From contig CANRPI010000001.1 of NCBI GenBank assembly GCA_947632475.1, positions 17,863 to 81,862 on the forward strand: 64,000 nucleotides of DNA. Reading direction: 5' to 3'. Position 1 is the first letter of the stretch. Each line of letters begins with the position of its first letter. Of the stretch, positions 51,068 to 61,136 are shown piece after piece. The translations under genes and the position numbers were made by a program. The notes beneath the pieces are model-generated. The model searched no databases and was not told the DNA's origin. It saw nothing but the letters and a program-made list of their open reading frames with translations. This stretch comes from an uncultured Clostridia bacterium. Lineage in GTDB: Bacteria; Bacillota; Clostridia; TANB77; CAG-508.

Positions 51068-52318
51068 ATGGAAGCAAAATTAGAAGAAATAAGAGCAAAC
51101 CTAAAAAAATACAATCAAGAACACTTATTAAACCATTACAACGATTTAGAAGAAGCAAAACAAAAAAAACTACTAGAAGAAATAGAAGATATAGATTTCG
51201 AATTAGTAAACAATCTATATAAAAATACAAAAAAAGAAATAAAAAATGAGAACGATAAAATAACACCAATGGAATATTTAGATAAATATAAATTAAATGA
51301 AAAATACAAATATTATGAAAACATTGGAAAAAAATTAATAAAAGAAGGAAAATTAGCAGCAGTAACAATGGCAGGAGGACAAGGAACAAGACTAGGGCAT
51401 AATGGACCAAAAGGAACATATGACATAGGATTAGACTCACACAAATCATTATTTGAATTACTATGTGATGGACTAAAAGAAGAAGGAAAAAAATATGGAG
51501 TAACAATACCATGGTTTATAATGACAAGTAGAGAAAACAATAAAGACACAGAAGAATTTTTTGAAAAACACAAAAACTTTGGTTATCAAAAAGGCAAAAA
51601 CTTATTCTTCTTCATACAAGGTGAACTACCAATGATAGACACAGAAGGAAAAATATTAATAGGAGAAGATGGTTTAGTAAAAAAAGCAGCAGATGGGCAT
51701 GGTGGAATCTATGAATCTTTAGTAAAAAGCAAAATGACAGAAAAAATGAGACAATTAGGAGTAGAATGGGTATTCATAGGAGGAGTAGACAACTGTTTAG
51801 TAAAAATGGTTGATCCCGTATTAATGGGAATAGCCGTAGACAAAAAAGTAACAGTAGCATGTAAATCAGTAGTAAAAGCAAATCCACATGAAAAAGTAGG
51901 AGTATTTTGTAAAAGAAATGGAAGACCAAATGTAATAGAATACACAGAAATTACAACCGAAATGGCAGAAGCAACCGACGAAAATGGAGAATTACTATAT
52001 GGAGAATCACATATACTATGCAACTTATTTAGTGTAGAAGCAATAGAAAGAATGGGAGCAAATCCACTACCATACCATATAGCATACAAAAAAGCAAAAT
52101 ACATAGATAAAGATGGAAACTTAGTAGTACCAGACTCACCAAATGCTTACAAATTTGAAGCATTCTTATTTGATGCATTTGGAGAAGTAGACGACATGGC
52201 GGTATTAAGAGTAAAAAGAGAAGAAGAATTTGCACCGGTAAAAAATGCAGATTCAGTAGGAGTAGATTGTCCTAAAACTGCAAGAGAATTATACAAAAAA
52301 TTTTATAAACTAGATTAA
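51068..52318 (+). CDS. UDP-sugar pyrophosphorylase (UDPGP/UAP-family uridylyltransferase)
   Basis: AAVTMAGGQGTRLGHNGPKGTYDIG and GGVDNCLVKMVDP motifs. Confidence 0.8.
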   Translation: MEAKLEEIRANLKKYNQEHLLNHYNDLEEAKQKKLLEEIEDIDFELVNNLYKNTKKEIKNENDKITPMEYLDKYKLNEKYKYYENIGKKLIKEGKLAAVTMAGGQGTRLGHNGPKGTYDIGLDSHKSLFELLCDGLKEEGKKYGVTIPWFIMTSRENNKDTEEFFEKHKNFGYQKGKNLFFFIQGELPMIDTEGKILIGEDGLVKKAADGHGGIYESLVKSKMTEKMRQLGVEWVFIGGVDNCLVKMVDPVLMGIAVDKKVTVACKSVVKANPHEKVGVFCKRNGRPNVIEYTEITTEMAEATDENGELLYGESHILCNLFSVEAIERMGANPLPYHIAYKKAKYIDKDGNLVVPDSPNAYKFEAFLFDAFGEVDDMAVLRVKREEEFAPVKNADSVGVDCPKTARELYKKFYKLD

Positions 52319-52332
52319 AAGGTGTGATATAT

Positions 52333-54060
52333 ATGAATTACATAGAAGAATACAAAAAATGGTGTGAAAGCCCAGAATTTGATGAAGAAACCAAAAATGA
52401 ACTATTAGCAATTAAAAATGATGAAAAAGAAATTGAAGATAGATTTTACAAAGAATTAGAATTTGGAACAGCAGGACTAAGAGGAGTAATAGGTGCAGGA
52501 ACTAACAGAATGAATAAATACACAGTAGGAAAAGCAACTCAAGGTTTAGCAAATTATATATTAGAACAAAAAACGCAAGACAAAGGAGTAGTAATCAGTT
52601 ATGATTCTAGGAGGATGTCAAAAGAATTTAGTATGCAAACCGCTTTAATATTATGTGCAAATGGAATAAAAGCATATTTATTTGAAAATTTGAGACCAGT
52701 TCCAGAATTATCATTTGCAGTAAGAGAATTAAAAGCAACTGCAGGAGTAATGATTACAGCAAGTCATAATCCACCAAAATATAATGGTTATAAAGTATAT
52801 TGGGATGATGGAGCGCAAATAGTTGCACCTAGGGACAAAGACATTATAGAAAATGTAAGAAATGTAAAAAGCTATAATGAAATAAAAACAATCAGTAAAA
52901 ATGAAGCAGAAGAAAAAGGTTTATTAAAAATAATAAAAAACGAAATGGATGAAAAATATAAAAATACCTTAAAAGAATGTGTTTTAAATCCAGAAATAAT
53001 GAAAGAAGAAGGAAAAAAATTAAAAGTAGTATATACACCTTTACATGGAACAGGAAATACAATAGTAGAAAATTTATTAAAAGAATTAGGAATGGAAAAT
53101 GTATATGTAGTTCCTGAGCAAAAAGAACCAGACGGAAATTTCCCAACTGTAGATTATCCAAATCCAGAAGATAAAAAAGCTTTCAAGCTAGCATTAGAAT
53201 TAGCAAAAAAAGTAGATGCAGATGTTGTACTTGCAACTGATCCTGATGCAGATAGATTAGGAATTTTAGCAAAAGACACTAAAACAGGTGAATACATGGA
53301 TTATACAGGAAATATGTCAGCTCTTCTAATTGCAGAATACAGAATATCACAAATGAAAGAAAAGAAAATTTTGCCAAATAATGGAATGTTTATAACAACA
53401 ATAGTTTCATCAGATTTAGCAAAAGCAATTGCAAAAAATTATAACTTAGAATGTATAGAAGTTTTAACTGGATTTAAGAATATTGGAGCTATAATGAGAA
53501 AAGCCGAAGAAAACAAAGACAAAACATATATATTTGGATTTGAAGAAAGCTATGGATGTTTAATTGGAGATTATGCAAGAGATAAAGATGGAATTGCAGC
53601 AGTAATGGCACTTTGTGAGGCAGCATGTTATTATAAATCAAAAGGAAAAACACTATGGGATGCAATGCAAGAAATATATGAAAAATATGGTTACTATAAA
53701 GAAACGCAAGTATCAATAGTAAGAGAGGGCGCACAAGGTGCAAAAGAAATAGAAGAAATGATGGCAAAAACAAGAGAAAAAGACATTAAAAAAATAGGAG
53801 AATATGAAGTATTAACATTTAAAGACATAAAAAAAGACTTTGTCAAAAATATGAAAACAGGTGAAATTTCCACTACGGGGCTTCCTTCATCAAATGTACT
53901 TTATTATGAATTAGACAATAATAATTGGTGCTGTGTTAGACCTTCAGGAACAGAACCAAAAATCAAGTTATATATGGGTGTAAAAGGAACATCTAGCAAA
54001 GATGCAGAAGAAAAATTAGAAAATTTAAAAAATGCAATGTTAGAAATTGTAGTAAAATAA
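52333..54060 (+). CDS. pgcA: Phosphoglucomutase/phosphomannomutase family protein
   Basis: GVMITASHNPPKYNGYKVY is the phosphoserine loop and ATDPDADRLG is the metal loop. ATG 52333 lies after aaggtg. The symbol is by analogy only. Confidence 0.8.
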   Translation: MNYIEEYKKWCESPEFDEETKNELLAIKNDEKEIEDRFYKELEFGTAGLRGVIGAGTNRMNKYTVGKATQGLANYILEQKTQDKGVVISYDSRRMSKEFSMQTALILCANGIKAYLFENLRPVPELSFAVRELKATAGVMITASHNPPKYNGYKVYWDDGAQIVAPRDKDIIENVRNVKSYNEIKTISKNEAEEKGLLKIIKNEMDEKYKNTLKECVLNPEIMKEEGKKLKVVYTPLHGTGNTIVENLLKELGMENVYVVPEQKEPDGNFPTVDYPNPEDKKAFKLALELAKKVDADVVLATDPDADRLGILAKDTKTGEYMDYTGNMSALLIAEYRISQMKEKKILPNNGMFITTIVSSDLAKAIAKNYNLECIEVLTGFKNIGAIMRKAEENKDKTYIFGFEESYGCLIGDYARDKDGIAAVMALCEAACYYKSKGKTLWDAMQEIYEKYGYYKETQVSIVREGAQGAKEIEEMMAKTREKDIKKIGEYEVLTFKDIKKDFVKNMKTGEISTTGLPSSNVLYYELDNNNWCCVRPSGTEPKIKLYMGVKGTSSKDAEEKLENLKNAMLEIVVK

Positions 54061-54133
54061 AATGAGAAAATAATAGGTTATCAGTCATGTAAAATTTGTT
54101 TCTAGAATGACTGGTAACCTATTACAGTAATTA

Positions 54134-54162
54134 TTGACAATTATAAAAAACCGTAGTATATT
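54134..54162 (+). promoter_or_regulatory. Promoter of tRNA-Arg
   Basis: TTGACA at 54134-54139, a 17 nt spacer, then TATATT at 54157-54162. Confidence 0.55.
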
Positions 54163-54172
54163 ATAAATATAT

Positions 54173-54248
<76 letters not shown>

Positions 54249-54396
54249 AAGTAACACTATCCGACTCTGGGTAGCGCTTTTTTAATTTTATGAATAATAT
54301 CACTAATTTATTGATAAAATAATATTATATATAAATACATTGTATTGACAATATCTTTACAATATGTTAAAATATTATTTGAAAGAGGTGATATTT

Positions 54397-54669
54397 ATGG
54401 CACAAACATTAGTTAATTTTAGAATAGATGAAACAACAAAAAAGCAAATGGAACAAATCTGCAATGAGCTTGGAATAACAATGTCTACAGCTTTTAATAT
54501 ATTTGCTAAAAAAATGATTCGTGAAAAAAGAATTCCGTTTGATGTATCTATTGATCCATTTTATTCTGAAAGCAATATGAAAGCTATAGATGAATCAATT
54601 AAACAAATAAAAGACGGAAAAGTTGTTTTAAAAACTATGGAAGAATTAGAGGCGATGGAAGATGAATAA
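54397..54669 (+). CDS. RelB/DinJ-family type II antitoxin (no cognate toxin ORF follows)
   Basis: MAQTLVNFRIDETTKKQMEQICNELGITMSTAFNIFAKKMIREKRIPFDVS is a ribbon-helix-helix DinJ pattern. RBS is agaggtg. Confidence 0.8.
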   Translation: MAQTLVNFRIDETTKKQMEQICNELGITMSTAFNIFAKKMIREKRIPFDVSIDPFYSESNMKAIDESIKQIKDGKVVLKTMEELEAMEDE

Positions 54670-54786
54670 TAAAAATATATTATTATTCCAATTTTTAAAT
54701 ATATGGGGTTCGGATTTAGAAAGCTTCGGTTCACTTAAAAAGATAGAAAAATTTATATTTTCTGTCTTTTTTTCTATAGAATATAT

Positions 54787-54951
54787 TTAGGAAGAATTAG
54801 TAATTCCACTATTACCAAGAGCCAAAGTAGTTAAGGTATCACCTAACTGCGAAAAAAAAGCAGAAAGAATAGCAAGCTCTTCAGCAGACTTATTCTTTGC
54901 AATACTACAAGCAAGACCAGAAATAAAAATAGAAAATTCACAATAATTCAA
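54787..54951 (-). CDS. Small hypothetical protein (54 aa), below the track size cut-off
   Basis: My own translation: TTG 54951 lies 6 nt after aggtga, giving (M)NYCEFSIFISGLACSIAKNKSAEELAILSAFFSQLGDTLTTLALGNSGITNSS. It resembles small Clostridia proteins I recall with an ...LA..IAK..S.EEL..L...F.QLGDTL motif. Confidence 0.45.
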   Translation of the reverse strand: MNYCEFSIFISGLACSIAKNKSAEELAILSAFFSQLGDTLTTLALGNSGITNSS

Positions 54952-55050
54952 AATAATCACCTAAAAAATAATATGCACAAAATTAATCAGTGTTTACAAA
55001 AAAAGCAAAATGTAGTAAAATAAACAAAAAAAGCAACAGAAAGGAAAAAC

Positions 55051-55527
55051 ATGGAAGAAAAATACATGCAAATTGCTTTAAAAGAAGCGCAAAAAGCATA
55101 TGAAAAATTAGAAGTACCAGTAGGAGCAGTAATAGTAAAAAATGGTGAAATAATAGCAAAAGCACACAATCAAAAAGAAACAAAATGTGACACTACAAAA
55201 CATGCAGAAATCTTAGCGATTCAAAAAGCAAGCAAGAAACTAAAAAGTTGGAGATTGATAGACTGTGAAATGTATATAACATTAGAACCATGTTCAATGT
55301 GTGCAGGAGCGATAATAAATTCAAGAATAAAAAAAATATATATAGGAACATTAGACAAAAAAACAGGAGCATGTGGTTCAGTACTAAATTTATTAGAAGA
55401 TTATAAATTTAATCACAAAGTGGAAATTCAAACAGGAATAATGCAAAAAGAATGTGAAAACATTTTAAAAGAATTTTTTAAAAAATTAAGAAAAATGAGG
55501 AAAGAAGAAAATGATAGAAAAAATTAA
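55051..55527 (+). CDS. tadA: tRNA adenosine(34) deaminase
   Basis: VPVGAVIV, HAEILAI and the zinc motif PCSMCAGAI. Confidence 0.93.
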   Translation: MEEKYMQIALKEAQKAYEKLEVPVGAVIVKNGEIIAKAHNQKETKCDTTKHAEILAIQKASKKLKSWRLIDCEMYITLEPCSMCAGAIINSRIKKIYIGTLDKKTGACGSVLNLLEDYKFNHKVEIQTGIMQKECENILKEFFKKLRKMRKEENDRKN

Positions 55528-56302
55528 AATGATTACAAGTAAAAAAGCCTTTCACATAGCTATGGTAATAACAATAATAGCAATAATAATATTTATAGTA
55601 GGAATAATAATGTTAAAGTATTATGTAGAAGGCGAAAAAAATATGCCATTCGAATTAAATAAAATTACAATAATAAGTTCTCAAGAAGGAATAGACCAAG
55701 AAAACACAATACCTGAGACCAATCAAGAAGGACAAGAAATAGTGGAAAATCAAAATACAAAATGGGCATTAAATATTAACCAAAATAATGACATATATTT
55801 AAGCATAAAGCAAAATGAAAATTATGGAAAAACAGAAATAATAAAATCAATAAATATAGAAAATATAAATATAGAATCAAATCAATTAGAAAAAATAAAA
55901 TTATATAAACCAGATGCAGAAGCGGAAAATCAAATATTTATAAATAAAGAAGAAAATGAAATACAAAAAATTGAATACATAGGAGATTTAGAAACAAATA
56001 TAAAAAATTTAAAAATATCAAACCAAGGAGGACTTATAGTTTTTAGATGTGCATTAAATAATATTGCAAAATATATGTCAGATGAAGAACAAATAGAATA
56101 TAATCAATTATTAAAAAAAGCAGGAATAGATAATAATCAATTAAAAACAAAAATAAAATTTGATTTAGTAATCAATTTAGAAGGTGGAACACTATATAAA
56201 ACTACAATAGAATTAGAACTTCCAATAGGAAATGTAGTAGAAGAAGGAACAACTTCACAAGAAATAACAAAAACAAAAGATTATATATTTAAAAGAATGT
56301 GA
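55511..56302 (+). CDS. Hypothetical single-pass membrane protein
   Basis: TM is AFHIAMVITIIAIIIFIVGIIML. No family recognised. Confidence 0.5.
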   Translation: MIEKIKMITSKKAFHIAMVITIIAIIIFIVGIIMLKYYVEGEKNMPFELNKITIISSQEGIDQENTIPETNQEGQEIVENQNTKWALNINQNNDIYLSIKQNENYGKTEIIKSINIENINIESNQLEKIKLYKPDAEAENQIFINKEENEIQKIEYIGDLETNIKNLKISNQGGLIVFRCALNNIAKYMSDEEQIEYNQLLKKAGIDNNQLKTKIKFDLVINLEGGTLYKTTIELELPIGNVVEEGTTSQEITKTKDYIFKRM

Positions 56303-56310
56303 AAAAATAC

Positions 56311-56339
56311 TTGATAAATTATAAAAAACGTTATATAAT
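56311..56339 (+). promoter_or_regulatory. Promoter of SRP RNA
   Basis: TTGATA at 56311-56316, a 17 nt spacer, then TATAAT at 56334-56339. Confidence 0.6.
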
Positions 56340-56345
56340 ACAAAA

Positions 56346-56490
56346 GGTGTGAAACTTATAAATCTTTGTATGGAGAGTAAACCAATAAAGACCTACGAAC
56401 TTTGTCAGGTCCGGAAGGAAGCAGCAATAAGTAGAAATCTTTATGTGGAATTACTTTCCATAGAAAGATTTACAAGAATCACACATTTTT
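56346..56490 (+). ncRNA. ffs: Signal recognition particle RNA (short, single-hairpin 4.5S-like form)
   Basis: Conserved domain IV gtcaggtccggaaggaagcagc at about 56404-56425. The 5' ggtgtga... pairs with ...tcacaca at the 3' end and the rest folds as one long helix. A T-run follows. Sits upstream of dnaX, as in Bacillus. Confidence 0.85.
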
Positions 56491-56512
56491 AAAATATAGA
56501 GGATGTGAAAAA

Positions 56513-58132
56513 ATGGGGTACACAGCACTTTATAGAAAATTTAGGCCTTTAACATTTTCAGAAATGGTAGGGCAAGAACATATAACAAAAACATTAAAAA
56601 ATCAAATAATAGCAGGAAGAGTAGGACATGCATACTTATTTAATGGAGGAAGAGGAACAGGAAAAACGTCAAGTGCAAAGATACTTGCAAGAGCAATAAA
56701 CTGTCTAAATCCGAAAGATGGAGAGCCATGCAATGAGTGTGAAATATGCAAAGGAGCACTAAATGGTTCACTAACAGATATAGTAGAAATGGATGCAGCA
56801 TCTAATAATAGTGTAGAAGACATAAGGTCAATAAGAGAAGAAGTGAATTTTTTACCAACAAAAGCAAAATACAGAGTATATATAATTGATGAGGTACATA
56901 TGCTATCAACAGGAGCATTTAATGCGCTTTTAAAAACGCTTGAAGAGCCACCTGAGCATGTAAAATTCATATTAGCAACAACAGAACCACAAAAATTACC
57001 AGCAACCATACTTTCAAGATGTCAAAGATTCGACTTTAAAAGAATATCAAATGAAGACATAATAAAGCGCTTAGAAATAGTATGTAAAGAAAGTTCAATA
57101 GAAGCAACAAACCAAGCATTAAAGCTAATAGCAATACTTTCAGAAGGGGCAATGAGAGATGCATTATCAATTTTAGAAAGATGCATACAAGATGGAGAAA
57201 ACAACATCGATGAAGACAAAATAAAAGAACTAGTAGGAATACCAAAAACAGAATTTGTAAATAAAATAACAAATTCAATAATAGAATATGATGTAGATAA
57301 AGCCTTAGAAGGAATAGATGAAGTACTAGAACAAGGAAAAGACATAACAAACTTATTATGGGAAATAATAAAATACATAAAAGATATATTAGTATATAAA
57401 GCAACTCAAAAATTAGACATATATAATAAAGACGAACTTGAGAAAATAAAAGAAATTTCACAAAAAATAGAAAAAAACAGATTAATAAATTTAATATATC
57501 AATTATCAGAGTTAGAAAATGAAATAAAATGGTCAACACAAAAAATAATAATATTTCAAGCTGGGATAATAAAACTATGTAACAAAAACGAAGCCACAGA
57601 TATAGAAGAAAGGCTAGAAAAAATAGAAAAATATATAAAATCTGGAAAATTGCAATTTCAAGTAGAAACACCAAAAAATATTACTCAGGAAAGTAGAACA
57701 GTAAACCAATTTATACCGACAAATAATCAAAACATACAAGAACAGCCAAAAACAAATAAAGCATTAAATAAAAACAAAACAAATACAACCAAAACATATT
57801 CAAACAAAACAGAAGAATTTTGGCCAGAAATAGTAAATGATTTAAAACAAAATGGAAAAATAGTGTTATATACAAACCTAATAAATACAAAAGCAGTAGA
57901 AATAAATGATATGACAATAGGAATTGAATTTCCAAACGGAATGTCACCATTTGGAAAAACAGTTTTAGAAAAACAGGAAAATATAAAAGAAATATCAGAT
58001 TTAGTATCAATAGCATGTGGAAAACCAATGCAAATAAAATACATAACACAAAATCCACAAGTAAAACAAACTAAAGAAGACGAACTTCACAAATTTGCAA
58101 ATGAATCTGATATACCATTTAATATAATTTAA
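56513..58132 (+). CDS. dnaX: DNA polymerase III subunit gamma/tau
   Basis: YRKFRPLTFSEMVGQEH, GGRGTGKTSSAKILA, the zinc module CNECEICK, and SRCQRFDF. Confidence 0.95.
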   Translation: MGYTALYRKFRPLTFSEMVGQEHITKTLKNQIIAGRVGHAYLFNGGRGTGKTSSAKILARAINCLNPKDGEPCNECEICKGALNGSLTDIVEMDAASNNSVEDIRSIREEVNFLPTKAKYRVYIIDEVHMLSTGAFNALLKTLEEPPEHVKFILATTEPQKLPATILSRCQRFDFKRISNEDIIKRLEIVCKESSIEATNQALKLIAILSEGAMRDALSILERCIQDGENNIDEDKIKELVGIPKTEFVNKITNSIIEYDVDKALEGIDEVLEQGKDITNLLWEIIKYIKDILVYKATQKLDIYNKDELEKIKEISQKIEKNRLINLIYQLSELENEIKWSTQKIIIFQAGIIKLCNKNEATDIEERLEKIEKYIKSGKLQFQVETPKNITQESRTVNQFIPTNNQNIQEQPKTNKALNKNKTNTTKTYSNKTEEFWPEIVNDLKQNGKIVLYTNLINTKAVEINDMTIGIEFPNGMSPFGKTVLEKQENIKEISDLVSIACGKPMQIKYITQNPQVKQTKEDELHKFANESDIPFNII

Positions 58133-58181
58133 AAAAAGATATTAATTTAATTAATATAAAAATATAAGAGGAGGAATAAAA

Positions 58182-58532
58182 ATGGCTAAAAGAGGAGGAT
58201 TCCCAGGAGGAATGGGAGGATTTGGCGGAATGAACATAGGAAATTTAATGAAAGAAGCAAAAAAAATGCAAGCAGACATGGAAAAATCACAAGCAGAATT
58301 AGCAGAAAAAGAATTTGATGCATCTGCAGGTGGAGGAGCTGTTACAGTAAAAGTATCAGGTGAAAAACATATAAAAGAAATAAAAATAAAGCCAGATGTA
58401 GTAGATCCAGAAGATGTAGAAATGTTAGAAGATTTAATTTTAACATGTGTAAATGAAGCATTAAAAAAGGTAGACTCAGCACAAGCAGAGCAATTAGGAA
58501 AATTCAATTTACCAGGCGGATTAGGATTTTAA
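58182..58532 (+). CDS. ybaB: Nucleoid-associated protein YbaB/EbfC
   Basis: 116 aa ([18 protein letters not shown]...[20 protein letters not shown]). Lies between dnaX and recR. Confidence 0.9.
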   Translation: MAKRGGFPGGMGGFGGMNIGNLMKEAKKMQADMEKSQAELAEKEFDASAGGGAVTVKVSGEKHIKEIKIKPDVVDPEDVEMLEDLILTCVNEALKKVDSAQAEQLGKFNLPGGLGF

Positions 58533-58549
58533 AAACGGGGGAAACACAA

Positions 58550-59149
58550 ATGTCAATATATTCACCATCAATTGAAAAATTAATAGAAAGCTTTGAAAAA
58601 TTGCCAAGTATAGGTCATAAAACAGCAGCAAGACTTGCATTTTATATGTTAGACTGTTCAGAAGAAGAAACAAATGAATTTGTTTCTTCTATATTAAATG
58701 CAAAAAAGAACCTAAAATATTGCAGCAAATGTTATAATATATCAGACACAGACCCTTGTTTTATTTGTGCAAACCCCAAAAGGGACGAAACGCAAATATG
58801 CGTAGTAGAAGATGTTCGTGACATAATAGCTATGGAAAAAACACATGAATTTAAAGGAGTTTATCATGTTTTACATGGGTCAATATCTCCAATGAATGGA
58901 GTAGGACCAGATGATATAAAAATAAAAGAGCTTTTATCAAGACTAATGCAAGGAGAAGTAAAAGAAGTAATTTTAGCTACAAATCCTAGAGTAGAAGGAG
59001 AAGCAACAGCTATGTATTTATCCAAATTAATAAAACCACTAGGAGTAAAAGTTACAAGAATTGCACATGGAATTCCAGTAGGTGGCGATTTAGAATATAC
59101 AGATGAAATTACACTTACTAAAGCATTAGAAGGAAGAAGAGAAATATAA
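58550..59149 (+). CDS. recR: Recombination protein RecR
   Basis: [14 protein letters not shown], the zinc finger [16 protein letters not shown], and a Toprim region. Confidence 0.95.
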   Translation: MSIYSPSIEKLIESFEKLPSIGHKTAARLAFYMLDCSEEETNEFVSSILNAKKNLKYCSKCYNISDTDPCFICANPKRDETQICVVEDVRDIIAMEKTHEFKGVYHVLHGSISPMNGVGPDDIKIKELLSRLMQGEVKEVILATNPRVEGEATAMYLSKLIKPLGVKVTRIAHGIPVGGDLEYTDEITLTKALEGRREI

Positions 59150-59157
59150 AAATAAAA

Positions 59158-59190
59158 TTGCCCAAATTAAAATATTTTGGGCAAATTTTT
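59158..59190 (+). terminator. Intrinsic terminator after recR
   Basis: ttgcccaaa (59158-59166) pairs with tttgggcaa (59176-59184), followed by attttt. Confidence 0.75.
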
Positions 59191-59235
59191 AACTTTAAAA
59201 AGGAAAACTTATTAATTGCTATATAATAAAATTTT

Positions 59236-60360
59236 TTAATTTTCCAGTAATATTTTGCAAATATTTTCAGTAGAATGAGGTTTAGCTAAAATTGAAGTAT
59301 TAATTTTCATTAAATTTAATTTTTCAGAGTCATTAATCAAATTTTTTATTACCAAATCACTGTCATCAGACTTTTTAATCCAAACAGCAATTCCTTTATT
59401 CTCTAAAAATTCAGCATTTTCTTCTTCTTGACCAGGGATAGGATTGATAATTACCATAGGAAGATTTGAAGCTAAGCTTTCAGAAGTAGTCAATCCACCA
59501 GGTTTAGTAACAACTAAATCAGAAATAGCCATCAGTTCTGGCACCTGATTAGTATATCCTAAAATTTTAACAGAATCAGACTTGTTATACTTATTAACAA
59601 TTTCATTAAAAGCATTTTTCATCTTCTCATTTTTTCCAGCAATAGCAACAATTTGAATATTACAATCTAATTTAACAAAACTTTCAAAAATAGAAACAGT
59701 CCTATTTTTTCCTAATCCAAACTCGCCACCACCAAAAAAAAGAACAGTTTTCTTATTATTACTTAAATTATAAAAATTTATAATTTCATTTTTATTATAA
59801 TTAAGTAAAAAACGGTTAGAAATAGGAATACCGGTAACAAAAATTTTATCTTTTAAAATATTTTTACTAATTAAATACTGTTTCATTTTTTCATGAGCTA
59901 CAAAATAATAATCGGTAAAATCGCTACCTACAAGCCATTGATCATGTGGCGCAAAATCAGTCATAACAGTTGCAATTTTAGAAGATATTTTTCCTTTTCG
60001 TTTTAAATATCCACACATTTGACTTCCAAAAGGATGAGTAGAAATAATTAAATCAGCATTTTTTTCACGCAAAAGTTTTAATAATTTAATTGCTAAAATT
60101 TTATTAGACCTTGAAGTAATGTGAGCAAGTGGACCTTTTTGAGAATCAGAATAAATTCTTCCCCAAGCCCATGGAATTTTTTTTGCCATTTCCCTATAAG
60201 CAACTGAAGTGACTTTTTCAATAGCTTTATTTACATATTTCATACAATCTATTAATTCAATATCCACATTTTTATAATTACTACAAATATAATCGTTAAT
60301 TGATTTAGCAGCATTTATATGTCCTCCACCATATGAAGCATAAAAAATTAAAATTTTCAT
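59236..60360 (-). CDS. Diacylglycerol glycosyltransferase (MGDG synthase / UgtP-like, GT28 family)
   Basis: MKILIFYASYGGGHINAAKSI, TKPGGLTTSESLA and QEEENAEFL motifs. Confidence 0.8.
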   Translation of the reverse strand: MKILIFYASYGGGHINAAKSINDYICSNYKNVDIELIDCMKYVNKAIEKVTSVAYREMAKKIPWAWGRIYSDSQKGPLAHITSRSNKILAIKLLKLLREKNADLIISTHPFGSQMCGYLKRKGKISSKIATVMTDFAPHDQWLVGSDFTDYYFVAHEKMKQYLISKNILKDKIFVTGIPISNRFLLNYNKNEIINFYNLSNNKKTVLFFGGGEFGLGKNRTVSIFESFVKLDCNIQIVAIAGKNEKMKNAFNEIVNKYNKSDSVKILGYTNQVPELMAISDLVVTKPGGLTTSESLASNLPMVIINPIPGQEEENAEFLENKGIAVWIKKSDDSDLVIKNLINDSEKLNLMKINTSILAKPHSTENICKILLEN

Positions 60361-60587
60361 ATAATAAAATCCTCATATAATATATATAAAATCTTAAAAT
60401 AAATTTTACAACATATTCTTTCTTTTATATTTTTAATTAAGAAATATTTTATCATATAAGAAAAAAAAATTCAAAAAAATGGAATAAAATTTGAAAAAAA
60501 ATACAAAATAATAAAAAAATAATATTATTATTTATTAATTAAATATATAAAAAAATTAATAAAAATAAAAAATAAAAAGGTGATATT

Positions 60588-61052
60588 TTGAAAAAATTAA
60601 TAACAATTATAATTTTAATAATAACAATAATGTTAATTATATTATTATCAAACATATTCAAAAAACAAAACTCAAGTTTAGCGGCAAACTCAAGTACATC
60701 AGACGTTCAATTAATGGCAAGAGCAATAAATGGAGAAGCAAGAGGTGAGCCATACGAAGGGCAAGTAGCAGTAGGAGCAGTAATATTAAATAGGGTATCA
60801 AGTTCACAATTTCCAAACACAATATCAGGGGTAATATATCAGTCAGGAGCATTTACAGCAGTAGCAGATGGACAAATAAATAAACCTATAGAAGAAGGAT
60901 CATCTGTTTATAAAGCGGCACAAGATGCAATAAATGGATGGGATCCGACTGGAGGTTGTATATATTACTTTAATCCTAACACTGCTACAAATGCTTGGAT
61001 ATGGTCTAGACCACATGTAAAAACAATAGGAAAGCATAGGTTTTGCAAATAA
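60588..61052 (+). CDS. sleB: SleB/CwlJ-family spore cortex-lytic hydrolase
   Basis: LMARAINGEARGEPYEGQVAVGAVILNRV...SGAFTAV is a Hydrolase_2 pattern. TTG start lies after aaaggtga. Followed by ypeB. Confidence 0.8.
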   Translation: MKKLITIIILIITIMLIILLSNIFKKQNSSLAANSSTSDVQLMARAINGEARGEPYEGQVAVGAVILNRVSSSQFPNTISGVIYQSGAFTAVADGQINKPIEEGSSVYKAAQDAINGWDPTGGCIYYFNPNTATNAWIWSRPHVKTIGKHRFCK

Positions 61053-61136
61053 GATATTATGGTTGTTTCATAGAGAAGTTTCTCTTTTATACAAATGCGT
61101 CAAGAGAAGCGTCTTTGTGGCATAGAAAGGAAGATT

